Shown here piece after piece: positions 37,526 through 48,016 of a DNA stretch of 57,373 nucleotides. The stretch lies in assembly GCA_964368295.1 (NCBI GenBank), contig CAYJBO010000005.1, positions 1 to 57,373 on the forward strand, in the 5' to 3' direction. Positions within the stretch are counted from its first letter, which is position 1; each line of letters starts with the position of its first letter. The translations under genes were made by a program, and so were the position numbers. The DNA is from an uncultured Bacteroides sp. (GTDB lineage: Bacteria > Bacillota > Clostridia > Oscillospirales > Ruminococcaceae). The notes beneath the pieces were generated by a model. The model was not told where the DNA came from and searched no databases. It saw nothing but the letters and a program-made list of their open reading frames with translations.

Positions 37526-38563
37526 TTAGCTGTCAAATCGTGCTTTTTCGCCATATATGAGCTTGCGCAAAGTTGCTTTAAATTTTGTCCAGCACCAAAT
37601 TGCAAAATACATTTTGCGCTTTAACATAAAGCACCAAAACCTATCCTTTTTTGGCAATAGTCTTAAGTATTTGTTTTGCTCCCAGTTTGGAAAACTCTCG
37701 TTAGTAAAATCGAGCAATTTATCCAATATGCTGTGGTAGCGGCAAATTGATAACACCGCTTTAGATGTCGACAGCACCAAATTTAACAAAGTTAAATAGC
37801 AAAGCTCGTCTTTATAAAGTTCATATCTGCCATTTTGTTTAAACCAATCCGTCAAATTTTCTATGATTGGAACTAAATCATTAAAGCTCTCAATTTTCCC
37901 TGAGTGCATTATCGAGCCCTGCCTAATGCGGTATAAATAAAAAACATCGGGTATAAAAACAACCGTTTTACAGCAAGAAATAAGCTTTGGCGTTGTGCAT
38001 AAGTCCTCGTACACTAAGCCGCCGGGGAACACGATGTTATTTTGAGTATAAATGCTGCGCTTTATAGCATATAAGCACAGTGAATTGTTAAAAGTTATCA
38101 CTTGCGGGTTTTCGCTCGGGTCTATCAATGTGTTATATTTTGTAAGTTTATTAAAAAAGCCGGGAATGACTCTGCCATCGTAATAAAAACTCTCAAATCT
38201 ATACACTAATAAGTCGGGATAATTAAACTGTGCGATGTTTTGTTTTAATGTACTAATGCTGTTTTCTTTTAATAAATCATCGCTGTCTACAAACACAATA
38301 TAATCGCCCTTTGCATTGCTTACGCCTGTATTGCGTGCAACGCTAACGCCCTGTGCCTTTTGGTGTATGGCTTTTACAATTGTGGGGTATGCTTTGACAT
38401 ATTCGTCACATATTTCGCCACTTTTATCGGTAGAACCGTCATTTACCAAAATTATTTCCACTTCGTTTTGCGCTTTATCTAAGATGCTCTCAACACATTC
38501 TTTAATATAATTTTCTGTATTGTGCACAGGCACTATTATTGAAAAAAGTTTATCCATCGTCAT
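37526..38563 (-). CDS. GT2 glycosyltransferase (paralog of 23584-24576)
   Basis: SIIVPVHN, NDGSTD, ARN.G, FVDSDD, YEDLCT.PK. Confidence 0.92.
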   Translation of the reverse strand: MTMDKLFSIIVPVHNTENYIKECVESILDKAQNEVEIILVNDGSTDKSGEICDEYVKAYPTIVKAIHQKAQGVSVARNTGVSNAKGDYIVFVDSDDLLKENSISTLKQNIAQFNYPDLLVYRFESFYYDGRVIPGFFNKLTKYNTLIDPSENPQVITFNNSLCLYAIKRSIYTQNNIVFPGGLVYEDLCTTPKLISCCKTVVFIPDVFYLYRIRQGSIMHSGKIESFNDLVPIIENLTDWFKQNGRYELYKDELCYLTLLNLVLSTSKAVLSICRYHSILDKLLDFTNESFPNWEQNKYLRLLPKKDRFWCFMLKRKMYFAIWCWTKFKATLRKLIYGEKARFDS

Positions 38564-38843
38564 TCACTTTCATTTTTAAACAAATACGTCTTTACAAGGC
38601 AATAATTGCAGTCAATATTATATCACTATTATTATTTTTTGTAAAGTTAAAGGACGGCAAGAGCCTTTTATAAACGCAAGGCAAGCGCAAAAACAACGTG
38701 CAAATTCTGCGGCGCTTAACAAATAACATTTTTTAAGTTTTTTCAAAGCTGCACATAAGCTTTTTGTGTTTACTTTTATATTACATAATGCTATAATAAT
38801 TGTGCCATAACAATGTAGCACAACTAACCAAAAGGGAACAATA

Positions 38844-39929
38844 ATGAAAAAAAACAAAGTTTTTTTATTTGCGTATGCAAGCGGCAATTTAGGCGACGAC
38901 CTCTTTATAAAAATAATATGTGAGCGCTATAATAACACCCATTTTTATTTAATTGGCCATAAAGGCTACGGATATATTTATAAAGACCTGAAAAATTTAA
39001 CTTATATCCCCGACAGTTTTATCACAAAAAAAATATATAAAGTTATTGAATATGCGGGTATTTTTTTATCGCGTTTTATCAGCGGCCTCAAGATAGACAC
39101 ACTTGTTGTCATAGGCGGTTCTATGTATATCCAAAAAGAAAATTGGCGTAGTACGTACGATTTTTTTGGCAGGTGTTTAAAAAAATACAAAAACATATAT
39201 TTAATAGGCGCAAATTTTGGCCCCTATTACGACGACGAATATCTAAACGCTTACAAAGAATATTTCGCCCGGTTTAGCGATGTGTGCTTTAGGGAAACTC
39301 GCTCGAAAAACTTATTTAAAGAGCTATCAAATGTGCGATGTGCCCAGGACATAGTCTTCCAATTAGAATGTCCAAAGGCGCCCTTTGAAAACTACTACAT
39401 TATATCTTTGATAAACTGCAAAGACAGGGATGATTTAAGGTCTTACGCCGATGAGTATGTTGCAAAAATGGCGCAAATAGCAGATGAAATTGCACAAAAT
39501 GGGCATGACGTTTTATTGATGGGCTTTTGCGCCGCAGAAAATGATAATGTTGCCATAAAAGATGTTTACGAGCGAATTAGCGCGCAAAACAAGGGCGAAG
39601 TTAAAGTGTACCGCCACAATAATATAAACGAATCTATGGACATTATTGCACGCTGCAAGGGTATAGTTGCAACGCGCTTTCATGCAATGATATTAGGCTT
39701 TATAAACGCAAAGCCGGTGTACCCCATTATATACAGCAAAAAGACAACTAATGTTTTAAACGATATTAATTACACAAAGGCTAGCTGTGAGATAAAAAAC
39801 TTGAGCAGTTTAGACGCAAGCGAATGTTATAAGGCCCTGTGTGATCGCGCTCATTTTGATTTTAGTGAGTGTGTAGATAATTCTAAAGAGCATTTTAAAG
39901 AGCTTGACAAGCTGTTACTAAAAAAATAA
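38844..39929 (+). CDS. Polysaccharide pyruvyltransferase family protein
   Basis: NLGDDLF, IGGS, GANFGP, FRE..S, DIVF, TRFHA.ILG. Confidence 0.88.
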   Translation: MKKNKVFLFAYASGNLGDDLFIKIICERYNNTHFYLIGHKGYGYIYKDLKNLTYIPDSFITKKIYKVIEYAGIFLSRFISGLKIDTLVVIGGSMYIQKENWRSTYDFFGRCLKKYKNIYLIGANFGPYYDDEYLNAYKEYFARFSDVCFRETRSKNLFKELSNVRCAQDIVFQLECPKAPFENYYIISLINCKDRDDLRSYADEYVAKMAQIADEIAQNGHDVLLMGFCAAENDNVAIKDVYERISAQNKGEVKVYRHNNINESMDIIARCKGIVATRFHAMILGFINAKPVYPIIYSKKTTNVLNDINYTKASCEIKNLSSLDASECYKALCDRAHFDFSECVDNSKEHFKELDKLLLKK

Positions 39930-39947
39930 CTATTAAGAAGTATAAAA

Positions 39948-41462
39948 ATGAAAAACAATCAAATAAAAGCAGGTGTAATTCTCTCATACCTCACAATAGC
40001 GCTTGGGATTATAATCTCTGTAATATATACGCCTATTATGCTCGTGCTTTTAGGCCAAAGTGAATATGGCCTATACCAATTAGTGTCGTCTGTTGTCTCG
40101 TATTTAAGCTTAATTACGTTGGGGTTTGGCAGCTCTTACATTAGGTTTTTTGCAAAATTTAAATCGCAAGGCGACAAGGCACAAATAGCAAAACTTAACG
40201 GCCTTTACTTAACAGTGTTTGCCGTAGCAGGCCTAATTGCACTTGTCGCAGGGGGCATACTCACAACAAACATCCAAAATATTTTTTCCGAAAATCTATC
40301 GGCAACCGAAATATTAATCGCAAAAGTGTTAATGTTAATATTGGTTATCAATATTTCGTTATCTTTTCCCTTTTCGGTTTTTAGCTCGTATATAACCGCC
40401 AACGAAAACCACTTTTTTTTGCGCCTTATAAATTTAATTAAAACAATAACAACGCCGTTTATAACTTTGCCCGTTTTGCTTATGGGTTTTGGCAGCATAG
40501 GCATGGTTGGCGTTACAACATTTATAAATATTACTATAGAACTTATTTTTATGTTTTATTGTTTTAAAAGATTAAAGATGAAAGTAGTTTTTAAGGGCTT
40601 AGAGTTCTCGCTATTTAAAGAAATAGCCTCATTCTCATTTTTTGTTTTTATAAACATAATTGTAGATCAAATTAACTGGAATGTAGATAAATTTTTGCTG
40701 GGCATGTTCCACGGCACGGTTGCAGTTGCGATTTATGGAATAGCCGCACAAATAAACACATACTATCTGCAATTTTCTACAATAATTTCATCCGTTTTTA
40801 CGCCTACTGTAAACAAAATCGCTTTTGGCAAAAACGCACAAAGGGACTTAAATTCTCTGTTTGTAAAGGTAGGCAGAATACAATTTATAATTCTATCGCT
40901 TCTTCTTTCGGGCATATATTTCTTCGGCAAAGAGTTTATAATTTTATGGGTTGGGCCAGAATATGTGCAGTCCTATTTAATTTTGCTAATACTCATTACA
41001 CCTGTTATAATTCCGCTTATACAAACATTGGGCATAGAAATACAGCGCGCAAAAAACTTACACAAATTTAGGGCAAAGCTATATTTAGCCATAGCAATTA
41101 TAAATGTGCTAATAAGCATACCTTTAACAAAGCAGTTTAGCGGCGTTGGCAGCGCAATAGGCACCGCTATAGCGCTTTTTGTAGGCAACGGTTTAATTAT
41201 GAACATATATTACCATAAAAAATGCGGTTTAGATATTATTAGCTTCTGGCGTGAAATATTAAAATTTGTCCCCTCGTTAATTTTACCTTTAATTTTTGGC
41301 ACTTGTATTATGCTGTTGACATCAATAAGCAGCTGGCTAACATTGGCACTTTATATCTCGGTTTATTTGGCAGTATTTTTAATAAGCATGTACTTTTTGG
41401 GCTTAAACCACGAAGAAAAGCATTTTGTGATAGCACCTATAAAAAAAATATTTAGGCGCTAA
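39948..41462 (+). CDS. wzx: Wzx flippase (MOP/PST family)
   Basis: About 14 TMs; YTP.M...LGQSEYGLY and DQINWNVDK motifs. Confidence 0.88.
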   Translation: MKNNQIKAGVILSYLTIALGIIISVIYTPIMLVLLGQSEYGLYQLVSSVVSYLSLITLGFGSSYIRFFAKFKSQGDKAQIAKLNGLYLTVFAVAGLIALVAGGILTTNIQNIFSENLSATEILIAKVLMLILVINISLSFPFSVFSSYITANENHFFLRLINLIKTITTPFITLPVLLMGFGSIGMVGVTTFINITIELIFMFYCFKRLKMKVVFKGLEFSLFKEIASFSFFVFINIIVDQINWNVDKFLLGMFHGTVAVAIYGIAAQINTYYLQFSTIISSVFTPTVNKIAFGKNAQRDLNSLFVKVGRIQFIILSLLLSGIYFFGKEFIILWVGPEYVQSYLILLILITPVIIPLIQTLGIEIQRAKNLHKFRAKLYLAIAIINVLISIPLTKQFSGVGSAIGTAIALFVGNGLIMNIYYHKKCGLDIISFWREILKFVPSLILPLIFGTCIMLLTSISSWLTLALYISVYLAVFLISMYFLGLNHEEKHFVIAPIKKIFRR

Positions 41463-41505
41463 AAAAGCAATGCAACTAATTGATGCTTTATCGGCTAAAA
41501 AACAT

Positions 41506-41549
41506 ATAGGCCCGCACTTTTTTAAATAAAAGTGCGGGCCTATTTTTTT
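41506..41549. terminator. Intrinsic terminator between convergent operons
   Basis: ataggcccgcactttt...aaaagtgcgggcctat followed by a T run. Confidence 0.8.
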
Positions 41550-41679
41550 GTGCACGGTTTTGGGCTGTTTTAAAACCTGCACTTTTACATTTACAAATTA
41601 AATGCGCCTAATTTAACTACTGTACCGCATATATTGCGCGCGTTTTAATGCCCGTATTTATAGCACACGTACTTAAAAA

Positions 41680-42423
41680 TTAAGTGTCGATATTATTTTT
41701 TGGTAGCATTAAATTGTTTATGCGCTTTTGTGCCTTATTTACGTGCTCTTGCCCGTTATTTAAAGCTATGCAGCCATGTGCCGGCAACAGTGCATCAAAG
41801 TTAACTTTGCTTAATCTTTTTATTGTGCTAATATATTTTGCAAGGTCACAGTCCCAAATTGCTTGCAGAGCAATGCTTCCTGTGCACTGCAATACATCCC
41901 CTACAAATAAGTATTTTTTGCTGCCGTCATCTAGCAAAAAACTCGCATGTCCGGCACAGTGCCCCTCAGTCTTTATTACACTCAAAGTTAAACCGCCTAT
42001 GTCAAAAACATCTTTGTGCTTTATGGCGGTTACTTTACATGGGTTAAAAACAAAATTTTCAGGGTAAACACCGGCCTTTATTGCATCTTTTAAAGATAAG
42101 GCTTTAGCGTCTGCTTGTGACACAAATTTTGCAGTGCTTTTTAACGCAAATACTTTTGCCCCGCATTTATCTGCTAAATAAGCAGCCCCGGCTGCGTGGT
42201 CTCCATGCCCGTGTGTTAAAAATATTTTTTTTATTTGAGACGGCTCAAATCCATGGCTTTTAATTTGTTCTATTATTAATTGCGGCTGCAACCCACAACC
42301 TGCATCTATTAAGGCGCACTCATCTTTGCCGCTAATTAAAAAAGCTGTACAGTCCAAAGCATTTGTAATGCTAAACGCACTCTCACCCGATGCCACAATG
42401 TAGATATTTTTTGCAATTTGCAT
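41680..42423 (-). CDS. MBL-fold metallo-hydrolase
   Basis: LIDAG, THGHGDH, GHCAGH, GD, PAHG; start set to MQIAK. Confidence 0.9.
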   Translation of the reverse strand: MQIAKNIYIVASGESAFSITNALDCTAFLISGKDECALIDAGCGLQPQLIIEQIKSHGFEPSQIKKIFLTHGHGDHAAGAAYLADKCGAKVFALKSTAKFVSQADAKALSLKDAIKAGVYPENFVFNPCKVTAIKHKDVFDIGGLTLSVIKTEGHCAGHASFLLDDGSKKYLFVGDVLQCTGSIALQAIWDCDLAKYISTIKRLSKVNFDALLPAHGCIALNNGQEHVNKAQKRINNLMLPKNNIDT

Positions 42424-42437
42424 AAATTCATCTCCTT

Positions 42438-43538
42438 TTAAACACTCTTGCCTCTGGCATCTATGTGCAAAGTGCATGCTACATTGCTGTTTTTTACGCC
42501 ATAAACCGTATTTGCCAAATTTGTCACAACGCATGCATGGTTTGGTATAATTTCAATTTTATCGCCTATTTCAAGTGGGTTTTTCTTATCGCTTGTCCTC
42601 AAAAAGGCGTGCTCCTCGTTTAACGAATAGATTTGAACTTCGGGGTAGTTTACTATGTATCCAAAGCCCTCCCTGTAATGGCATTTGTCACTTGTAAGCG
42701 TTTTTGTCCCCACATCTGCAATAACTGTAAACTCGTCCGGCTTGCAAACAACAGTGCTTACTACTGTCAGTGCGCAATCCGCAGGTGTCGCAAGTCCAAC
42801 GTCAAGCTGGTTGCAATCATTAAAAATATAGTGGCCGCTTCTTATCTCGTTAATATCGCCCATCAGCTCGGGTGTTTTGCCCGTTAGGCTTGAGCCCGCA
42901 CTTAATACGTCCATACAAAAACCATTTTGCCTTAAAAGGTTAGCCGTGCCTATAACCTCGTCATTTTCAATTTTGCTATATTTTTTCACTTCATCAATGT
43001 TTTTTGCATTATAGGCCAGGCCGCCATAATACATAATTCCGCAAATATGTAGGCCCTTAAAGTTTTTAATCTCGTTTGCAAAATCGAGCGTGCTTTGCAT
43101 CGGCTTAACGCCGCCCCTGTTTAAGCCGCCGTCAACCTCGATTAAAACAGGCAAAACCATATTGTGCAAAACAAACTCATCATTTAACGCCTTTGCGCCA
43201 AAAACGCTGTTAACTACTGTGCTAACCTTGCATTTTTTTGCAAGCATTATTAATCTTGCTATTTTTTCGTCGCCTATTAAAGAGTACGCAACAAATATGT
43301 CATTTACCCCGGCGTCACACATTACCTCTGCCTCGCCCAGCTTTGCAACCGTTATGCCTTTACACCCTGCCGCAATTTGCATTTTTGCAAGCGTGCTGCA
43401 TCTGTGTGTTTTTATATGCGGCCTGTGGTTTATGCCATGCTTTTTTGCACGCTCTACCATGTCAATAATATTTTTTTCTGCAATGTCTAAGTCTACAACA
43501 ACTGCGGGTGTTGGCAAATTTTTTATGCATTCTTTCAC
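42438..43538 (-). CDS. PLP-dependent fold-III enzyme (D-threonine aldolase/D-serine dehydratase family)
   Basis: TPA.VVD, RPHIKTH (PLP Lys), AKLGEAE, E.R.G.YIF.D, L.EEH, IPNHAC. Confidence 0.88.
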   Translation of the reverse strand: MKECIKNLPTPAVVVDLDIAEKNIIDMVERAKKHGINHRPHIKTHRCSTLAKMQIAAGCKGITVAKLGEAEVMCDAGVNDIFVAYSLIGDEKIARLIMLAKKCKVSTVVNSVFGAKALNDEFVLHNMVLPVLIEVDGGLNRGGVKPMQSTLDFANEIKNFKGLHICGIMYYGGLAYNAKNIDEVKKYSKIENDEVIGTANLLRQNGFCMDVLSAGSSLTGKTPELMGDINEIRSGHYIFNDCNQLDVGLATPADCALTVVSTVVCKPDEFTVIADVGTKTLTSDKCHYREGFGYIVNYPEVQIYSLNEEHAFLRTSDKKNPLEIGDKIEIIPNHACVVTNLANTVYGVKNSNVACTLHIDARGKSV

Positions 43539-43607
43539 GTTATTCACCTTTCTTTTTTGCAAAGACGTTAAAAGCGCCCTGCCTATTAAATATAAACACG
43601 CAATTAA

Positions 43608-44738
43608 TTATGTTAAAATCAACCTTGCAATTTCATAATAGCACTCAAGCGCCATATCCAGTTCTTTACAATCGACATACTCGTTTTTAATGTGTGCAAC
43701 ACTTAAACTGCCCGGCCCAAAAACAAGTGCTTTTGTTCCATTTTGTGTAAAAAAGCTCTGCTCGCATGAGGCGTCAAACGCTATTGGCTCTTGCTCTCTT
43801 TTAAGTATTTTTTGCGTTATTTGGCAACATTTTGCAACAAAACTGTCTTTTAGCGGTATTTCAGACCCATACATAAAATTACACAAACTTATGTTATAAT
43901 TTTCAATTTTCTCGGCCTTTAAAATTTGCTCTAAATGCAGCTTTGCCGCATTGTCGGATTTATCGGGATAAACCCTGTAGTCTGTGAGAATCCTCACATT
44001 GGCGGGTATGATGTTATCTTTTTCATAGCCATGCACCAATGTTACACTAATGCCCTGCGGCGGCAAAACTTCATGCTTAATATTTTTAAGTTCTTCGTTT
44101 GCTTTTTGTATTGCAAGTATAGTTTTTGCCGCATTTGTAACAGCGGTATCCGCAGCAGGCTGCAGTGCCGCATGCCTAGCCTCGCCCTTTATGTCTATAT
44201 AGTGGCGCGCAATTCCCCTGCAAGCTGTTGCAATATTTAAATTTGTGGGCTCACCAATAATTGCCATGTCGGATGGCGTGTACTTATTTATGTATGCCCT
44301 CGCCCCTAGATTTAGGCACTCTTCGTCCGCGACAAAAGAGAGTCTAAGCGTGCCATTTAAATGCTGTCCGCTCTCTTTTAGGGCAATCATTGCAGCACAC
44401 ATGCCGGCAATGCCGCCTTTCATGTCGGTTGTGCCCCTGCCGTATAACACATCGCCAACTTTTGTTGTATCAAGCGGCGGAGTGTCCCAGTCGTCTGTAA
44501 AAGGCACAACGTCTAAGTGCCCGTTAAACTCAAGGCAAGGCTTGCCTGTGCCAATCTGCGCAATAAAATTCGCCCTATTATTGCCTAGGTCTTGTATTTC
44601 GCACTCAATACCATAACTGCTTAGCAAATTGTGCAATATTATCGCAGCATTTTTTTCGTTGCCCGGTGGATTTACAGTGTCCGCCGCAACAATATCCTTT
44701 AAAATATTATATAATAGCGTTTTATATTTTTGTTGCAT
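43608..44738 (-). CDS. M20-family amidohydrolase (ArgE/DapE-like deacylase)
   Basis: GHLDVVP, GRGTTDMKGG, ADEE, GEPT, AH..NE. Confidence 0.9.
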   Translation of the reverse strand: MQQKYKTLLYNILKDIVAADTVNPPGNEKNAAIILHNLLSSYGIECEIQDLGNNRANFIAQIGTGKPCLEFNGHLDVVPFTDDWDTPPLDTTKVGDVLYGRGTTDMKGGIAGMCAAMIALKESGQHLNGTLRLSFVADEECLNLGARAYINKYTPSDMAIIGEPTNLNIATACRGIARHYIDIKGEARHAALQPAADTAVTNAAKTILAIQKANEELKNIKHEVLPPQGISVTLVHGYEKDNIIPANVRILTDYRVYPDKSDNAAKLHLEQILKAEKIENYNISLCNFMYGSEIPLKDSFVAKCCQITQKILKREQEPIAFDASCEQSFFTQNGTKALVFGPGSLSVAHIKNEYVDCKELDMALECYYEIARLILT

Positions 44739-44773
44739 TGTTTTTACACCTATGCCTTGTAAAGTTTTAAAAA

Positions 44774-46267
44774 TTAGTAATTTTCGTATATACTTCTCAT
44801 TGTCTTGTATAAATTCAAGTATTTTTCCATCTGCCCTTTGTAAAACTGTGTCAGTTTATCGTCACAATTTATTGTGCGCTCTACTTTTTGGCTTAATTTT
44901 GACACCGCTTTTACATCGGTAAAAATGCCCGCTCCAACAGCGCCTAAAATTGCAGCGCCCACCGCAGAGGCATCTTTATTTGATACAAAATCTACGCTTA
45001 CACCAAAAACGTCTGCAATAATTTTTGGCCAGCCTATAACGTTTGCGCCACCTCCGCCAAGCAAAACTCGGCTTACACCGTTGTCTATAAGCGTGTCAAA
45101 AACATATTTAGTCTGGGCTAAATTATATGTTATGCCCTCTAACTGGCTGCGAAACAAATGTGCCCTTGTACAGGCTGCGCTGGCGCCAATAATAGTTTGT
45201 CTGTCTTTGGAATCAAAATAAGGAGAGCCGCTGCCGGCCAAAAACGGCAATGACATAACGCCGTCACACCCCGGTGGTATTTTTAGCGCCTCCTCGCACA
45301 ATCTATCCATTTTTTCAAAGTTAATCTCACCGTCGTCGCTCAGCATTGCCGTTATCCAGTTAACGCCAAGGCCTCCGTTAAAGTGTGAGCCCAAAGCATA
45401 ATACTTATTTTCAATTGCGTGCAAATGAAAAGTTACGCTGCCGTAAACACTGTTGTCAAATTTGGGCACAGGCGTTAAAAAAGTTGCACATGTGCCAAGG
45501 GTTAGCACGGCTTCTCCATCCTCATACATTGCCATGCCAACGGCGCCGCAGGCCATGTCTGCACCGCCTGCATATACGTTTATGCCCTCGGGCAAAAAGA
45601 ACTCTTCCGCAGCTTTTTTTGTAACTCTGCCGGCTAATTCTGCAGGCGCAAGTATATCGGCAAATTTATCAATTTCAAGGTTTGCGCCGCTTATTATTTC
45701 TTCGCACCACGTGACGGGATTGCCAAAGGCACAAAGAGAATTATACGCATCTGTATAATCTGTTGCGATTTTATTTGTTAGGCAAAAGCGCAAATAATCT
45801 TTTGCGCACACCCACTTGTATGTCTTGTCCCATATTTGCGGCATGGCTTGCTTTAGCCACACAAGTTTTGGCAGCGAAAATGCATTTATCACGGGGTTAC
45901 CTGTGTGCGTTTTAATTATTTGCCCAACATTTTTTTGCAGCTGTCTTGTTTGCTCCTCGCTTCTTGTGTCCGCCAGCATAATACACTCGTGCAATACCTC
46001 GCCTTGCTTGTCTAACAATACTACCGAGCTCATGTGGCCTGAAAAACATACGCCCTCAATGTCTTGTACATTGCATTTTTCGCTCAGCTCTTTCATTCCC
46101 CGCCGCAGTGCCACTCGCCACTCTAAGGGGCTTTGGCTTATAAAGCCATCATTTTTTGCATATGTTTCATACCGCTGTGTCCCTATATAAGTCACCTTTG
46201 CTTTTTCGTTTAACAGCAAAAGTTTAAGCTGGGTACTACCTAAATCTAAGGCTAAAATACTAGGCAT
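44774..46267 (-). CDS. FGGY-family carbohydrate kinase (xylulokinase-like)
   Basis: ALDLGST..K, KLVW, KDY, GG.D, LGT, LPFL.G, GGGA. Confidence 0.9.
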   Translation of the reverse strand: MPSILALDLGSTQLKLLLLNEKAKVTYIGTQRYETYAKNDGFISQSPLEWRVALRRGMKELSEKCNVQDIEGVCFSGHMSSVVLLDKQGEVLHECIMLADTRSEEQTRQLQKNVGQIIKTHTGNPVINAFSLPKLVWLKQAMPQIWDKTYKWVCAKDYLRFCLTNKIATDYTDAYNSLCAFGNPVTWCEEIISGANLEIDKFADILAPAELAGRVTKKAAEEFFLPEGINVYAGGADMACGAVGMAMYEDGEAVLTLGTCATFLTPVPKFDNSVYGSVTFHLHAIENKYYALGSHFNGGLGVNWITAMLSDDGEINFEKMDRLCEEALKIPPGCDGVMSLPFLAGSGSPYFDSKDRQTIIGASAACTRAHLFRSQLEGITYNLAQTKYVFDTLIDNGVSRVLLGGGGANVIGWPKIIADVFGVSVDFVSNKDASAVGAAILGAVGAGIFTDVKAVSKLSQKVERTINCDDKLTQFYKGQMEKYLNLYKTMRSIYENY

Positions 46268-46289
46268 GTTATCAGTCCTTTTTCCTTTT

Positions 46290-47006
46290 TTAAGTTAAAT
46301 GTTTTACAATTGTGTCGACAACGCTATCTATAATTGCCTTGCCTTTCTCACACGTTGCAACTGTTGCATCACCTAAAACAGCCGTTTGCATTATTTGCGT
46401 CCACGGTGTCGGCGTAATGTCAAAATCGTCCGGAAATTCAGGGTACTGGCAAATTGCCTTGTCCATATTAACATACTGTGGGCACAGGTATAGCATGTAT
46501 GAAGTCTCTATCTCACACGCGTGGAAATAAGATTTATGCGCCCGCTTTGACGTGCACACCTTTTTAATTTCCTCTTCGGCGCCGGGGTAATTAAAAATAT
46601 AAATTTTCATATCACACTGCGCATAAATAATGCGTGCCGCCGCTTTTATAGCATTAAAATTGCCAAGGTGCGCGTTAATAAATGCAAATTTTTTAACACC
46701 CATGCGATGCATGCTCATCACTATATTAACGAGCAAAGGCGTCAACACTTCGTCTGGCACATCTATTGTGCCCGCAGTTTGCCTTAAAGACCACACCTGT
46801 CCATAGGGCAGGCATGGCAGAACAAGGCAGTTTTCACTTTTCAGTTTTTCTTCTACCATATCTGTCAATGCCTGTGCCAAAAGCGTGTCGGTTCCAATGG
46901 GCAAGTGCTCTGCATGGACCTCTGTTGCCCCAATTGGCAAAATAGCAACTATGTCATTTTTTACAGCCTGTGCCGCCTGTGATTGATTAAGATACGCAAG
47001 CTTCAT
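46290..47006 (-). CDS. Creatininase-family amidohydrolase
   Basis: P.GATE.H..HLP.GTD, NAH.GN, HACEIETS. Confidence 0.88.
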   Translation of the reverse strand: MKLAYLNQSQAAQAVKNDIVAILPIGATEVHAEHLPIGTDTLLAQALTDMVEEKLKSENCLVLPCLPYGQVWSLRQTAGTIDVPDEVLTPLLVNIVMSMHRMGVKKFAFINAHLGNFNAIKAAARIIYAQCDMKIYIFNYPGAEEEIKKVCTSKRAHKSYFHACEIETSYMLYLCPQYVNMDKAICQYPEFPDDFDITPTPWTQIMQTAVLGDATVATCEKGKAIIDSVVDTIVKHLT

Positions 47007-47012
47007 TACCTG

Positions 47013-47987
47013 TCACCTCTTTTTAAACGTAAAGCATTCTCTGGGGTTGTTAACAAATATATCTTGCACCAGCTTGTCCCCGTCTATACCCATTTCGTTT
47101 GCCTCTTCAATTAGCCTTGGCACCCATGTCTTTATTATGTACGGCAAGCCCACAGCGTGGCAGTACGAGTAATAATAGCTTTTGCGCGCAGTGTCGCCGC
47201 TTACAAGAATTTGCTTTTGGTGCCCTGCCTTCACTAGGTCTAAAATGCACTTAATTCTTACACTCTCTGGGTTATATTTAACTTTTGCTATGCCGTCAAA
47301 GCACAAATATGCTCCGCTCTCGGCAATTTTTCTGTGCATGTATGTATCCGGGTTTCTATCCATGTGCCCAAAGCATACATTGCGCATATCTATGCCCTCT
47401 TCTATTAATATTTGCGATTGCTCGAGTGGCATTGTACCCGCCTCTGTATGGGCGTGTATTGGTGCGCCCGTTTGCAAATGGGCACGGCTTACAGCGCGTA
47501 TGGTTTTAATTTCGTTCGGTGTTATCATATTGTACTGTGTGCCAAATTTAACCTGCCCACCGCGAACGCTCGTTCCGTTCATGCCTTTTTCCACTTCGTC
47601 AATGACAAAATCGGCCAGGCTATCTATAGAAGAAGACTCTATCCACTGTGTAAAAGTTCTGTCTTGCCCGGGTATTTTAACGTCCCACAAAAACCCCTTA
47701 TTAAAACCGGCCGTGCCAATAATATTTACGCCTGTTTTTTTAGATATTTCGCATACCGCACCGGGGTCTCTTCCGTAGTCAATTGCAGTTGCATCTACAA
47801 TGCTTTGCCCTCCGGAATTTTTAAAAAGCATTACTTCGTTTTCGCTCTTTTCAACATCGTCCAACAGCAAATCGTCCGCTTTTTTTTCTACCCAATACGG
47901 CGGCCTACAAACTATATGCTCATGTGAATAAGTAAAACCTAGTTTTTCCGGAGCTATATCTCCAAGCATTGTTCTAATAAATGACAT
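47013..47987 (-). CDS. Phosphotriesterase-family (PHP/lactonase) protein
   Basis: LG.TYSHEH, VDAT..YGRD, HAHT, GHMDR, SGD, NP. Confidence 0.9.
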   Translation of the reverse strand: MSFIRTMLGDIAPEKLGFTYSHEHIVCRPPYWVEKKADDLLLDDVEKSENEVMLFKNSGGQSIVDATAIDYGRDPGAVCEISKKTGVNIIGTAGFNKGFLWDVKIPGQDRTFTQWIESSSIDSLADFVIDEVEKGMNGTSVRGGQVKFGTQYNMITPNEIKTIRAVSRAHLQTGAPIHAHTEAGTMPLEQSQILIEEGIDMRNVCFGHMDRNPDTYMHRKIAESGAYLCFDGIAKVKYNPESVRIKCILDLVKAGHQKQILVSGDTARKSYYYSYCHAVGLPYIIKTWVPRLIEEANEMGIDGDKLVQDIFVNNPRECFTFKKR

Positions 47988-48016
47988 ACGTGTCTCCTTT
48001 TCTATAGATAACAATA

